From contig MU061578.1 in NCBI GenBank assembly GCA_013265495.1, positions 3,669,308-3,733,307 of the forward strand: DNA of 64,000 nucleotides, in the 5' to 3' direction. Source of the stretch: Vicugna vicugna (Eukaryota). The notes beneath the pieces were generated by a model, which was not told the DNA's origin, did no database searches, and saw only the letters and a list, made by a program, of their open reading frames with translations. Within the stretch, counting starts at the first letter, position 1. Each line of letters starts with the position of its first letter. The position numbers and the translations under genes are program-made. This document shows, in pieces, positions 35,220 to 48,960 of this stretch.

Positions 35220-38200
35220 TGCAAGGACAGTTTGCAGCTCTGCTCTCCCCTGCATGTGCATGCATGTGTGAGTGTGTGAATATGTGAGCTGCTGTGTTGG
35301 GGGTCAGCAGGACGAAGATCTGTGTGCAGATGTCTCCTTCCCGTCTCGGGGGCCTGAGGGCACCATCTGGGGTGGGGGCAGGGGGCGCAGTTTCCAGGCA
35401 TGGCAGCTGGAGGCAGAGGGCTGGGGGCACTGGAAGAGGGATGAGCGGTGAGGGGACTAGGACACCCTGTGTTGCCAGCTTCTCCCCTCACCTCTGGGGG
35501 CCACACAAAGCTAGTGGGGGATGGTGCTCCTGGTGGCAGGGGACCAGGGCCAAATGACGTCTCAGTGACCAGAGCAGGGTGAGGAGGGAGGGCTGGTGAG
35601 AGGTCGGGAGGTCAGGGTAGGAGGATAGCCTTAGATTTCCATTTTGTGTGTGCTAATGAGTTTGAACTCTGGCCGGGGCTCCAGCTTGCTGGAGGGGTCA
35701 TCCTGGGAGGGGCTGCATTATCTGCATGCCTAGGGGCTCCAAGCGAGCATCTATTGGTCCCTCTGCTGTTTGGAGCCAGACACCACCGGCTGGGGCCAGG
35801 GCACACCAGGAACTGATAGATTAATGCAGCTAGCAGCCCCTCCCCAGCAGGCTGGCCCAGCGCCAGGGGTGGCGGAGGGTGAACCCAGCAGATGCTATCC
35901 CCAAGTTGAGAGGGAGACCCAGTTAGCTGGGATTTGCAGCCAGGCCAATGTGGGAATAGGGGCATGGGAGGCCTCGATCACTGGCTGATACGTGCCGTCT
36001 GTGACCTGGTACTCTCTCCACCCAGGAGGAAAACTGGGCTATGCCATGGAGACAACCCCTCCCCTAGGTTTTGCTTCTGAGCTGGGGTGTTGGGGGTTCC
36101 CCAAACTTCCACTAGTGACTTATGCCCCCAGGGGCCGGGTGAGGGGTGTGACTGGGAAGGCTTCATGTCCCTCACCCTGTGGTGACCTTCACCAGGGTTT
36201 CAGGTGATCTAACCCACTTCTGCTTCTGGGTGAATCCCTGGCAGAGTGAGGGAAGTGGGGTTTTCCTGGCTGGAATTCAGGGTTCAGACAGGGGTCTGGT
36301 GGCCTAGGGCAGGGCTGACAGAGGCCACACTGAGCGGCCTTCCGGCTGCTGTGGGGCCAGGCAATGGGCGTTGTGTTGAGCCACATCCTATCAGGTGGCT
36401 CCAACTCCAGCACGAGCTTGTGGGTCAGATTTCTGCCCCGAGAACTGGGGCCTCTGCAAGTGCTCGCAGTCTGACATATCACTCACTCCCACCCCGCCCA
36501 TTCTGCTCTGCAGGCACAGGCCACACCTAGAAGGCATCCTTTCCTCTTCTCCCCTGCCCGCTCCCCCAGGAGCTGGTGTGTCTGGTTTCCTGACTGCCCA
36601 GCACAGGGTGCCTGGCAGCAGGAAGATGGGGTGGGGGTCCAGGGGTCGCAGCTGGCAGGGGTCCTGCTGAAAGTGAGCCGACAGTAAAGGGTCTGCCCTC
36701 CCTCCCTGGGGGCCGGCAGTCCTCCCCCTCCCACCCCGCGAGGGGCTGGATGAAGAGCTATTTCACTTCCTGATCAGCCTGGAAATCACCCCGGAGTCCA
36801 CTCAGCCAGCGGCCAAGGCCCCTCTGCATGACGTTCCTTCTGCTTCCACAGAGAGCAATGGGGCCTGGAGGCCCTACCCTGCTGGACATGTGGGTGGAAT
36901 TCCCTGGGGTGACTAAGGGGTATCCGGCTCCCAAAATGATGGGCAGCTCCCCTATCTGCGGGGCTGGGGGTGGGGATGCAGAGCTGATGGCCAGGCAGCT
37001 TCTCCAGGTGGGCGAGCACCCATTGTCACACCTGCCAGGCCAGACACACTGGTTTCTGCTTCCTGGGGAAGGCAATGCAGCTGGGGTGCCCCGACTCCCA
37101 TCCCAGGGCATCTGGGTTGAGGGAGCAGCTCAGATAAGACTCTTTCTTGTCCCTCAGCCCTGGGACTGCAGCTGGGCCTGGAGGCCGCTGACTCAACACG
37201 TTGACTGGCAAAGTTGAGGCCCCGCTTTGGACACCTGGCCTGATGGAGAAGCTGTGGGGATGGTCCTGAGCACCAGCTCAAGCAAACGCAGGAGATAGAC
37301 CAGCCAGCTGAGTGCTACAGGGCCCTCCCCAGGCCTCCATTTCCTCCCTGGCAGGGCCGCCCCACCACAGTGCAGGGAATCCATCCTCTTGAACCTAGAG
37401 GCCGGCGGGTGGGTGGTGGGGAGGACCCTCCTCACAGCTAGTGACTCAGAGGATCCCTGCTCTCTTAAAGCTTCAGTCCTCACATATGTGACATGGCTGC
37501 ACCTACTTTCACCCTTGTTGAGGGCAGAACAAGATGCTGTGAGTGCTTCGCTCTGTGCTGTGTGTAGAAAGGGTTCTGTGCTTGAGGAGTGGTCACTATG
37601 AATATTAATTAGTGGGTAGAGAAGATTGGAGCTGGAAAACCTGGGTTTGGGTGGCAGCCCTGTCCTGGTCACCAGGGTTGGGCACTGACCTGATCCCAAG
37701 GCCGTGTTCAATCCAGAAGGTTAGTGGGAATGTCGGCAGGGAACCCTGCCCTTGCTGACCCTCCTTGGGGGCCGACACAGTTGAGGGGATTGTGGTGATT
37801 CGGACAATGCAGCTGAACAACGCAGACCTCAAGGTGCTGGGGGACATTGTCAGTGGAGAATTGGCTCCAACCAACCTCACTTCCAGGCAAGGAGCAGAAG
37901 GCCATGATGGCAACTGGCAGGTAAAGTGATCCTGTGGGGCAATGACTCGCTAGGAGCAGCTCACCAGCCAGGTCCCGGGGCATCCCAGAGAAGGTTACCT
38001 TCCCTGAGCAGTGAGGGTGGTGTTGCCATGGAGATGGCGGAAGACACAGGAGGTGCCCTCTGAGGAGGGGTGTGGGTGGGGTTTCTGTGTTGGGAGCATG
38101 ACAGTGGCCGCTGGCTGAGGGCTGGCCCGTCCCAGTGACCTGGCCCCTTACGAGCAGCAGCACAATGTGGTCAGGATGCGTTGCCTGAAAGGATTTGACA

Positions 38201-38524
38201 GGTTTCCCTCCTACCTTCCTCCAAACATTCAAGCTTGTTCCATTAGAAAATGAATTGTGAGGAGCTTGCTGGAGGACACCTTTGGAGGACAATTTCCTTT
38301 CTTTCTTTCTGAAACATCAGAGCCCTTGACTTTTCCTTGTTTCAGTGCAATCTCGCTAAGGAACAGCATGGTCAGCAGTCAGAATGCCGGGGCTTGTGCC
38401 CTCCAGCCCTGCACTGGCCAGCTGGGGCTGCTGGCCATAAATGTGGTTGGTCCAAATTGAGAAGAACCATTGGTGTGAAATGCCAGATTACCAAGACCTA
38501 AAAAAAGAAAAAAAAAAAAAAGAA

Positions 38525-39145
38525 GAATGTAATGTGGTGGGTCAATCTGATGGAATATTACGTAGCCATAAAAGCGGAGGAAACACTGAGTCACTCTACA
38601 ACACAGATGAACCTTAAAAACATAATGCTCATGAGAGAAGCCAGACACAGAAGACCATATCCTGTGTGAGTCCATGGATGTGAAGTGTCCAGAACAGGTA
38701 AATCCACAGAGACAGAGTGATTCTGTGCTTGCTGGGGTCTGGGACAGGAGAGATTGCTAATGGAGACAAGGTTTCTCTTTGTGGGGAAGAAAATTTTCTA
38801 AAATTGACTGTGGAGATGGTTGCACAACTCTGAATATATTAAAAGCCATTGAAGTGTAGACTTTAAAATGGATGACAGCGTGTGGCATGTGAATTATATC
38901 TCGATAAAACTGGTTCTACAAATGTAAACCATCTCATTAACAATTTTAATATTAATTTCAAATGGCAATGATAATATCTAGGATACATGGGGTGATGGAA
39001 TCTCAGTTTGGGAGGAAGGGAAAGTCCTGAGAGGGTGGTGGTGATGGTTGCATAACAACGTGAACGTGCTTAACGCCACTGAACTGTGCCCTTAAACTTG
39101 GTTAAAATGGTAAATCTTATGTTATGTGTATTTTACCACAAGAAA
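38525..39145 (+). mobile_element. Old L1 3'-end fragments (two adjacent L1M ends)
   Basis: AATGTGGT...TGGAATATTACGTAGCCATAAAA...GAACCTTAAAAACATAATGCT...GAATTATATCTCGATAAA (~38908); second end GTTGCATAACAACGTGAACGTGCTTAACGCCACTGAACTGT...TATTTTACCACAA (~39140). Confidence 0.85.
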
Positions 39146-40599
39146 GGGAAAGAACTCAGTCATACAGCCGTCTGTCGCCAGGTTCTCACGCAGGTGTTTT
39201 GTCTCGGGACAAGTCCCGGGGCTATGCCGTGAGCTGGACAGCCTGACTGTCCGAGCCCGCTTTGTTTAGGATGAGTCTGAGGGACGACCGCTGAGCAGAA
39301 GGGCTGCACCCTTTCCTAACGGGTTAGGGGTTTGGAAGCCCAGTGCCCCAAAGGGCCATGCCAAGGGGCTTTCCATCTTGGGGGTGGGGATCCCCACACA
39401 CAGCAATAGCCTCTCAGTCTCTGGGGGGCCTTCTTTCCAGGCAGCATGGGGCCCCAAGAGACCCCAGGCCTCATGTGCAAAACCGCAACCATGGACAAGG
39501 GGCCAAGGTGCCAGTGGGCTCTCGTGGGGGTGAGGGTAGTGCTCTGGAGAACTGGGGAGATCCTGCTGCCACCCTGTTCCTGCCTTGAAACCTTCTGGGA
39601 GTCTCAGCCTCCTTGCCCACTGGGGTTTAGCCAGGACAACAGGGCCGGCCCATGTTAAGCACGGCACAGGCGGCCCAGCTGCCTCATTCATTCTCCTATT
39701 TCTGCACGCGGAGGGTGGGGCAGGTGTGCAGAACGCCCCACCTGGGTGGGTGGCCCCGAGGCCCGAGGGGGCAGCCCCAGACTGTGCTCCTGACACTAAA
39801 CAGATGGCCCTTTTTCCCCTGGAGCCCATGGACCAGGAGCCCAGGGGATACTCTGTTCAGGTCTGGGGAGGCCGGGACCCCTGCTTTGCATTCTGAGACA
39901 CATAACTGTTTCCTCAAGTCTCAGCCCCAGGAAGGCAGTCTGGTGTCCTTCACCCACTGCCTTCCTGTCTTCCTGCCAGACTCGTGGCCGCTGCTGCCCC
40001 AAACACAGCTGCTTTCTCAGCTGACTCTCCCTGTGATCCCTCTCCTGACAGGCCCCTCATCCCTGGCGGACAGCTCTGTCTCCCCTCAGCACCATGGACA
40101 CCGGTCACCAGGGAAGGCCAGCTGTGGCCACCCAGTCCCCTAGACAAGTGTCTGGACCCAAGGACTGCCATCTCTCCCCCAGACTCTCTGCACCTCCCCT
40201 CCAGGCCTGCATGTGCCCCCCTCAACCTGCCTGGGTCCTGCAGACCCATCTTCTCTGGCTTCCGTTCTTCTTCATTCCACAGTCCTGCTGCCCGCTCCCT
40301 TCTGGTCACTCTGTGAGCATCTACTGACCACTGCGTGTGCCACACACACACGGTGAGCCAGCTGCATGGCTCCATTGGGCTCCCAGCCCAGAAGTCCCAT
40401 CTCCTCTCCCACTCCCAACCCCCTGGCGTACCCCAAAGCCTCCAGCAGCCCTCCTGCAGCTTGGCTGCATTTTGGCTCCAGGACCTGGGCACCACCTGCC
40501 CTGGTGGCACCTACACTGAGCTCTGTAGGTGGCTCCTCTTTTGTCAGACATATACCCCGCCCCCCGGTGTCCTGATGCGTAGGCCTCTGCTTACATCCT

Positions 40600-41025
40600 G
40601 GGGTGCTGTACTGGGTCCCCTCAAAGTTTACATCCTCCCAGAACCTCATAAATTGACTTTATTTGGAAATAAGGTCTTCGCAGATCAATTAAATTATGAT
40701 GAGGTCAAACTAGAGTGGAGGGGACCCTAATTCAGTGACTGGTGTCCTTATAATAAGAGAAAGCCAAGACACAGACACTGGGGGAGGACGGCCGAGTGAT
40801 GACGATGAGGCGGAGACGTGAGGGATGCGGCCACAAGCCCAGGGTTGCCAGCAGCCCCGGAAGCTGGAGGAGGCAGGAAGAAGCATCCCCTGGAGCCTCA
40901 GAAGAAGCCTGGTCCCGCAACACCACGATCTCAGACTTCTGGCTCCAGATTGTGAGGGATTGACTTTCATTGTGTCAGGCTGTCTAGCCTGTATTCTTTC
41001 ACCGCAGTGGCCCCAGGACTAAGTG
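40600..41025 (+). mobile_element. MaLR LTR (MLT1C-like)
   Basis: CCCAGAACCTC...TTATTTGGAAATAAGGTCTTCGCAGAT...GACTGGTGTCCTTATAA...GAAGCTGGAGGAGGCAGGAAG...TCAGACTTCTGGCTCCAGA. Confidence 0.85.
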
Positions 41026-42284
41026 GCTGCCCCACCCACCCCTTGTCTGTCCACTCTGCTGGCAGGGCTCCCAGATCCAGCCCGGATCTGGGCCACTGGG
41101 TTGAGTGTGGCCATGCTGCTGTGGGCCCTGTGAGCATCTGTCTGTAAGATGGGGTGAGGGTGGGCCTGAGGGCAGGGCATTACCCAACGGCGGTGCCGGA
41201 TGAGGCCACTCCTTGAGGGGTGCCCCACCTGGCCCTGACAGCCCTCTCCCCTGGCAGCCGATGGGCTGAGCCTCCTGGTTTAAATTGCTGCCTGGTCGGG
41301 TTCCCGGTGGCCCCCCTGGCTTGGCAGTGAGGTGTCCTGGTCTCTTTTTCCAGCAGGCGTGGGCTGAGCGGAAAATGACCTCAGAGGGTGGGGAGGCCAG
41401 GGAGGCCTGTGGAGCTCAGAGGGCATCCTGGGGGCCGGGCTGGGGATCCACCGGTGGGTAAGAGCCCTAGCATTCCCAGCCCCTGAGAAGAACCCTGGCC
41501 ACTCAGGCCGGCCCCTGTCCAGCCTGCACCGTGGGCTGTGCTGACAGACGCCTGTCTGGGAGGAAGTGGGGGAAGACATAGAGGTAGGCGGCACTCCCAC
41601 AACCCTGGACACCCAAGCACTGGCTGCACGGAGCAGGAGGACTCTGCCGGGGCTGGGCACGAGTGCTTATCTGTGCTCACAGCGTCAGCAGGGCTGTCTG
41701 CGACCACTTAGCCAGGTGGGTGGTGGGAGGTGGTGGGTGAATCAGAATGCGGCTCTGGGCTGTGGGTGGGAACTGGTGGCTTCATAGCAGGTGGGCAGTA
41801 TTGATAAGAATGGCTTCTCAGTCGGAGAATTGCCAAGAAAAAGAACCCCTCCCCAAGGCGTTTATACCAGAGGGAGTGGAGTGACCCCTGATGGGGGCAT
41901 GGAGGAGGGGTGCCATGCAGGGTGGGCAGTGTAGGGGTGGGTGATGGAGGGGAGCTGGGGCCCAGGGCTGTGATGCTGCTGAGACACCATGGGCAGGGGG
42001 TCCACAGTCTCTCTCAGGCCCACTTCCCCAGGGGCAGGGGGATTGGGTTGAGTGGGGCAGGGAGGGGAACTCCTGCACTGTGGGCCTGAGGCTCAGGGGG
42101 GTCGGAAGATGCCCAAGACAGTGTTCCACATGCAGCCAGGTGAGCCAGGTGAACCAGTTGTCCAGCCTCCCCTGCCAGGGCGCCGGCTTAGTGGGCTTGG
42201 AACAAATAGCCCACCCAGGTGGAGGGAGTGGAGTGCCAGCCTGAGGTGGGCTGGCAATTTTTTGATGCTCCTTGACCAGTGGCA

Positions 42285-42500
42285 TCATCACTCCAATGTG
42301 TGCCTCTTCCTCTGTGTGTCTGTCTTATGTCTCTTACAAAGACTCAGCATTAGATTTAGGGCCAACCCTGCTAATCCAGGATGACCTTACTTAGATATCC
42401 TTCACCTAATTGCATCTGCAAAGAATCTTTTTCTAAATATAGTCATCTTCATAGGTTCTGGTGGCATGAACTTTGGGGGGGCACCATTCAGCCCCCTGTA
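42285..42500 (-). mobile_element. MaLR LTR fragment (MLT1-type)
   Basis: TCTCTTACAAAGAC...GATTTAGGGCCAACCC...TAATCCAGGATGACC...CATCTGCAAAGA...CACCATTCAGCCC. Confidence 0.75.
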
Positions 42501-42849
42501 GCCAGGCACAGACGGGTCCAGAGACAATGGGGTTTGGACCCACCCACTGCTTTCCTGTCCCTCTGCCCTCAGCGTCACCAGGCAGAGGCTGATGCCTGAC
42601 CAAGTCCTTGAGAGAAAGAGCCAGGCAAGCTGTTGGGTCACATGGAATTTGCCCGCATGTAGAATTAACCACCAGTTTCAAGGGTCAGGGTCAGGATGAC
42701 TCGGTTTTCATGAGTCCCTCAGGTGAGGACCAAGGCTGGGCTTAGCACCCTGGCTGGTGGTTCTGCCCCCATGAGCCCTTGAGAAAGGAATTAAAGGCTC
42801 TGTTTGCCCTCCTAGACCACTGCCTTCCAGGCCCTATTAACTCTGTTCA

Positions 42850-43010
42850 TTTATCCAACCATCCATCCTTCCATCCATCCATCCACCCATCCATCTACCC
42901 ATCCATCCATCCATCCATCCATCCATCTGTCCATCCATCCATCCATCCACCTACATATTTATTAACCCATCCAATCATCTATTTGTCTGTCCATCTATCT
43001 GTCCATCCTC
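42850..43010. repeat. (CCAT)n microsatellite
   Basis: Long imperfect CCAT/CTAT array. Confidence 0.9.
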
Positions 43011-46000
43011 TGTGTGTCTGACCTTGGGTGATTGATGAAGGAGAGGGGAGGGGAACCCCAGACAGGCCTCACGGTCCACCCTCCTCCCCAGGGCCTTGGC
43101 CTTCCTGCCGGCCGCCAGGCAGGCAGCCCAGCCCGCAGCTGTGGGCTCCGGGTGGGAGTCTGGACCTGCTGGCTCATGTAGCTGCAGCTGAGAAGTGTTT
43201 CCAGTTTGTAGCAGTGTAATTACTCACCCTCCTTTGGACAAGGAAAACTCAGGGAGAAAGATGTGTGTCTGCTGGTCCAAGCTGATTCAGACCAGGAAGA
43301 GGACAAAAAGGCTAGACAAGGGTGGTTTAGGCACGAGTAGAAGGGCATGAGGAGGGGGCTCTGAAGAGGGAGAGACTCCTGAGTGCTCCCAGTGTCCATG
43401 GGTCCAAACTTTGCTAGGGCCTGAGGGTGCCCAGCCTTGGGGTAGGGGCTTGGCTGAGGAGAGGGAGTTGTTGGCCAGGGGGTGCAGGCTGCCAGGGCTC
43501 TGGGAACTCAGTGGGCGGGGCTGGCTTCATGGCATGGCTACATAACTGGGGCATCTGGAAGATGCCGAAGGGGACACTGCCTGGGGAGCAGTGACCAACA
43601 CCCTCTGACCCCAACTTGACAGCGTCTCCACCAGGCTCCTGAAGCAAGCAGGGATGGTCCAAGGCTGCCAGCTTTGGAAGTGACCCTCAGGGTGCCCAGA
43701 GGAACCTGTCTGGGGCTGTGGGAGGAGGGTCAACCATAGACAGCTGCAAGGAGTTGCGGACTTTGCTTGGATGAGACCCTGGTTTCTGGAGGGATGTGAG
43801 GAGGAGAGGACGTTTGGTGAGTGCTGGCCCCATGCCAGCACCACCTGCATCACCTCCTCATGCTCCCAACCTCCCCAAGAGGTACAAGGGGAAACCGAGA
43901 CCCAGTTCCACACAAGTGGGAAGTGAGGGGCTAACATTCTTTGCTGGCCTGTGCTGCCACTGTGGACAGATCCCCATCCTGGAGGCCCTCAAGCTGGCCA
44001 CCAGTCCTGAGAGATCTAGTGAGCATGGCAGTGGCCTCCCCTGTGGTCCCGCCAAGCCCACGTGTGCACTGGACAGTGGCCTGACGTCCCCCCCAGCCCC
44101 TGGCGTGGGCTGCAGTAGACAACGGGGCCCTGTTTAGAGCTGGATGAGTGGGCATTGGGGGAGGGGAAGAGTCCAAAGGGCAGGGAAGGGCCAGCATGGG
44201 GCGCTTCTCACCTACCAGCCTGTCATTAACCCCTTGAGGCCTAGCCAAGAGTTGGGGAAAGGTGGGCCAACTCCGCACACAGTGGTTCCCTGCGGGGCAG
44301 ATCTTAGCTCAGCACCTACTGTGGGCAGTGCAGGCTACGCTAAGGCTGGGAAGGGAGCAGGATCCCCTCATTTGCTTTGCCAGTTCCTCCTAAGAGGGCA
44401 TCTGCATTTATTAAGCACCTCCTGTATGCCTGGGTGCACAGGAATTGTCCCATAGCCCTGTATGCTGGGCCATGTTCTCTGCCCTGCACAGGAGACCCAG
44501 AGGAGACACAGCCAGCCCCACTGTGGGGCTTCCCATCCATTCCCCCAACAGCCCACAAGCCCCAGCACCCTCTGGATGCTGGAAAGGCCCCAGGAGTTGG
44601 CACATAAACACCTGGCTTCCCGCCCCACAGATGGAGCCAGGAGCCTCCCTCGATGGCTGCTCCTCCCTGTCCATCTCCTCACATACCTGCAGACAAGCCA
44701 CAGGCACTGGGGCCTTGTCTGGAATCTGACTCTAGGTGGGGGATGGGGCCCATCTCTTGGACCCCTGTCCAGGGGCTCAGAGGGCTAAGTGGGAGTTCCC
44801 AATGCCCCCTACATGGCTGCTTTGCCTGGGGTCTTGGAGTAGGAAGGGGGCTGGGAAGCTTTGCCTTCTTCCCCTCCTGTCCGTGGGTCCCCAAGTCAGG
44901 GAGGGGTGGAGAGACCACCCTCAGAAACCTCAAAGCTGAGGGAGAGGGTCCCAGCCAGGAAGGGGGCTGTGTGTCCCGCAGCTGCCCCCTGCAGCCGAGT
45001 TTCCAGGGGAAGTCACCCAGTGGCCGTAATTCATTTCAGATTGCTGTCTGCAGCGCTGCCAGCCCTGAGCGTGTAATCGTCCTGTTTCCGACGGCCGGTG
45101 ATTTCCGCACACTTATAATTAGGAGGACTCACTCCCCTGGCCGCGCCAACCTCAGGCTCCAGCCGAGCAACTTCCGAAGGAAGCCCCTGCCGTCTGCGGG
45201 AACAGCGCGGCTTCCCGCGGGAGAGCCCGGAATCCTGGAGGCGCCAAAATGAGGAGGGGGCCCGGAAGGCAGGGGGGCCCGCCCGGGGGACATGTCGGGA
45301 GGGGCTGTGCTGGCGGGCCATCCTGGGGGGCCCAGGAGGGGCCAGACGAGAGATCCCACGGCTGGGAGACAGGATCCGCCTGGAGACACCCCTTGTCCCT
45401 GGGAGGCTTGTGCGTTTGCTGCCTTGGGAATTTGGGACAATTATGTACAGTCGTTTGTGGTTTTCTTCTGTAATTGCTGGTTACGGTCCGTGACTGCCAG
45501 GGACTGAGGCCAAAAGGCCAGAGGCTGACGGCACCTGGTCGGTGGCTCCGGAAGGGTCCCAGTGCAGGCCGGGGCTCCCTGCTGCCCCCCTCCCCCTGCA
45601 GGTGGTTTCTGCTGCGAGGCAGGGGCTCGGCCCATGGTGTCTCCCATTCCACCCTTCCAGCCAGGTGACCCCAACATGCCCCTTCATCTCCATGGGGTCA
45701 CGTGTCCTCCCTGTGCAGCTAGTGGAGATTTGGGGGGCCTCTGGGGCTCCCAGACATGTGTCAAAACACAGCCACTGTGTTGGGGTCTAGGGCTCTGTCG
45801 GGACCTGGGTTGGGGTGCTTGGGTGACGATCCCGTGAAGTGGCACCCCGCACACGCCCTGGGTGCCCACCATGTGCTCAGCCCTCTTTCCCAGGCTGCCG
45901 TTGTGGTCACCAACACTCAGAGGACCCCACCAGGGCCTTCTGAGTGAGACAGGCGTCCCCTCCCTGACCCCACTGCAGCCCTGGGTGGCTGTGTGACACA

Positions 46001-46629
46001 AGGGAAGATGGATGTCCCTTTCGTGGGAGATGTCAAATATTAGCCCAGAGCTTGGCTGGAGAATCCTCACGATGGCCAAGCTTCTCCCTCCTATTCGTGA
46101 CTTTCAGTCAATAATTCTGTGTATAGAGTCAGCTCAGGTGACTGAAGAGCCCACCAGAAGAAACACGCCTTGATTCCTTCAATGATAAAGGAAAGAGTAG
46201 CTGAGAGCCAGACCTCAGCGATGACTATTTGGGATGAGAGCCTTTGCCTGGGAGGACCAGTTTATCTCCTGCCTTCTCAGGAGGCTGGACGCTGGGAGGG
46301 GTGGTCTGACCCGCCAGGCAGCCTTCAGTTCCAAGGTCAGAACTCAGAAATCTCTGGTCTTGCCCACATTCTTTATCTTTTGCATAAAATTTTAAACACT
46401 ATCATACAAATAAGGCATGCTCATTGCAAAACTCTTAAGAATGTGCCACTGCAACAGACAGAACACCAGCATTTCTACTGTGGCCCCCAACACACAAATA
46501 TCCCCTCAGGAAATTTTGGGCCACACGTCTCTCCAGAAGACTTTCCTATAAATGCAGGTGGAATGTATCCATCTGTTTACTGGTTGTAAAATCTTATACG
46601 GCAAAATGGAATCAAATCTCTATAATCCC

Positions 46630-47152
46630 ATGTGGATGGCCAGCCTCCAAGATGGTGCCAATGGTTCTCATCCCTGGGTGTGGTCCTTGCCTCGACGAGT
46701 AGGGCTGGCCTGTGTAAGTGGTAGGATACTGCAAAGTGACGATGTGACTTCTGCAGCTGGGTCCCTAAAACCTCTTTCAGATCACTCACCCAGGGAGATG
46801 CCAGCCACCCTGCTGGGAGGATGCCCATGGGTGCTGAGGCTCCCTGCCTGCCATCTCTGACTTGCCACCCCCAGAAATAAAAAGTGGGCCCCCTTGGAAG
46901 TGGACCCTCCAGCCCCCGACAAGCCTCGAGGTGATGCAGCCCAGCTGACAGCTTGACCACATCTTCAAGAGGACCCAAGCCAGAACTGGCCTGTGAAGCT
47001 GGGTTCCTGGGCTCAGAGGCTGTGTAAACAGTTAAATGTTTGTAGTTGTGTTTTGTTGGGGTTTCTTTTCTTTTTTCTATCTTTTCTTATCTTTTTTTTT
47101 TTTTGTAGCTGTTTTAAGCAGCTAAGTTTGGGGGCAATTTTTTTGCACAGCT
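46630..47152 (+). mobile_element. MaLR LTR (MLT1F/G-like)
   Basis: TGTGGATGGCCAGCCTCCAAGATGG...GATGCAGCCCAGCTGACAGCTTGAC...TGTTTTAAGCAGCTAAGTTTGGGGGCAATTT. Confidence 0.75.
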
Positions 47153-47159
47153 ACCCTCA

Positions 47160-47548
47160 TGTGCTAAGGCCACCATAACAAAACACCACAAACAAAGACG
47201 GGATGGCTTGAACAGCAGAAATGTGTCTCTCACAGTCCCGGGATATACAGAAATCCTGGACGTCCAAGATTAAGGCATTGGCAGGGCTGATTCTTTCTGA
47301 GGCTTCTCTCCTTGGCTTGCAGACGGCTGTTTTCTCCCCACATCCCCTACATGGTATCCCTCTGTGCAGGACCGTATCCTGAACTCCTCTTCTTATAAGG
47401 ACATCAGTACATTGGACTACGGTCTACCCATATGGCCTCATTTTACCTTCATCACCTCTTCAAAGCCCCCATCACCAAATACAGTCACACTCTGAGGACC
47501 TGGGGATTAGGGCTTCAACATAGGAGCTTGGGAGACACTTAGCCCACA
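47160..47548 (-). mobile_element. MaLR LTR (MLT1B-like)
   Basis: CCATAACAAAACACCAC...TCCAAGATTAAGG...TCTCTCCTTGGCTTGCAGACGGC...CTTATAAGGACATCAG...GGGGATTAGGGCTTCAACATAGGA. Confidence 0.85.
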
Positions 47549-48119
47549 GCAGCAGCAGTGGGAAATACACCACACTAAGCTGTTTTGCCCTTGCCCTGGC
47601 CTTTGCCCTATTGAAGAATCATTTTGCCTGGTGAGGCCTCTTCATTGGCTGACATTTCCTGCAGGTGCACCTCCCCTCTACAGGCATTTGGGTTGTTTGT
47701 TGTTCTGCACTGTGGCCACTGTTGGGTGGCAGGCCACAGTCTTGTAACCAACCCCCTGCCCCGTGAGTTGTTTAGGATCGCTTCTGGGGAATGCGGGTGC
47801 TATGGCAACAGGTGGAGGGCATCTCTGGGTTTTCCCTCCAAAACCCTACACCCTCCTAGGAGCAAGAGGGAGGCATTATTCCCACTTCTATCTTTCATCA
47901 CTGGTCACTTCAGGACCATTTGCCAGTGAGGCTGAAGGTCGTGCCCCCAGCAGCCTTGGCAGAAGCCCTTCCCCTCCCACCCCCTCTCAGGTGTTCAACA
48001 GAAGCTTTGGCTGCTGGGGGACTTTCAGGAGAACAGCCACCCTCCTGGGGGAGAGCACACGTAGAACCTGGGGCCAGAACGGCTCACCTCCTTTCTACTT
48101 CCCAGCAGAAGTCTCACTC

Positions 48120-48235
48120 ATGAATTCACACATTCATTCATTTGTTCATTCACACATTCATTTGTTCGCTTACAAAGCTCCTGCTGAGTCCTCCCTGTGT
48201 GCTGAGTCCTGGCGACACATGGTGAACACAATCCC
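48120..48235 (-). mobile_element. L2 3'-end remnant with (CATT)n
   Basis: CATTCATTCATTTGTTCATTCAC...CTGAGTCCTCCCTGTGTGC. Confidence 0.5.
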
Positions 48236-48439
48236 CAGAACTTGCTTCATGTGTGTGGCTGGACCTGGTGCCCCCTGCCCTGTCCCACTTCCTGCCTGCA
48301 AACTGGCTCCCAGGGTCCCTGAACTTAGTGGAACTCTCCAGACAGCTTGCTCCAGACACCTCAAGCTCCAAGGAGTCATAGTCCAGGTTTCCTCACGACA
48401 GCCAGCTGAGGCACAAATGGTTGGCCTCTCCCTTCTCTG

Positions 48440-48960
48440 GGTGGGTAACTGAGGCAGAGGGGGCTGAGTAACTAGCCTGGTATCACAACCAGAAAACTGC
48501 AGAGCCAGATTCAAACCAGGTCCCTGGCGAGTCTAGAGACTTAAGCTCGTTTCCCAGGCCTGGGGCCTTTGCCCACTCTACGAGAAGGGCAGTGGAGTTT
48601 TGGGCTCCCAACGCCATCCCTGACTTCTCCTTCAGGTCAGGGGAAGGCTGAAGAGAGTCCAGAGGAAGGCCCTCTCCCTGGGCAGTGCTGCTGCTCAATG
48701 TGCGACCCAGGCCTGCTGCCTGGAGAGGTCCTCACTCCTCCTGCGCGGGCAGGACAGGCCAGGCCTCATGGCAGCCACATCCCAGCCACGTGCTGTGGCC
48801 CCGGCTGCGCATGAATCCTCTCTCTCAATCTCCATGGCTCCCCCAGGAAATGTGAGTATTATAATTTCCTCTTTGTGTGCAGAGACAGGACTCAGAGAGG
48901 TGAAATGACCTGGCCAAAGTCATAGCTGGTGGCTACGCTTGGATGCGGACCCCAGTCTGA
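48440..48960 (-). mobile_element. Two MIR fragments (~48440-48560 and ~48855-48960)
   Basis: GGTAACTGAGGCAGAG...AGAGCCAGATTCAAACCAGG and GACTCAGAGAGGTGAAATGACCTGGCCAAAGTCATAGCT. Confidence 0.55.
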
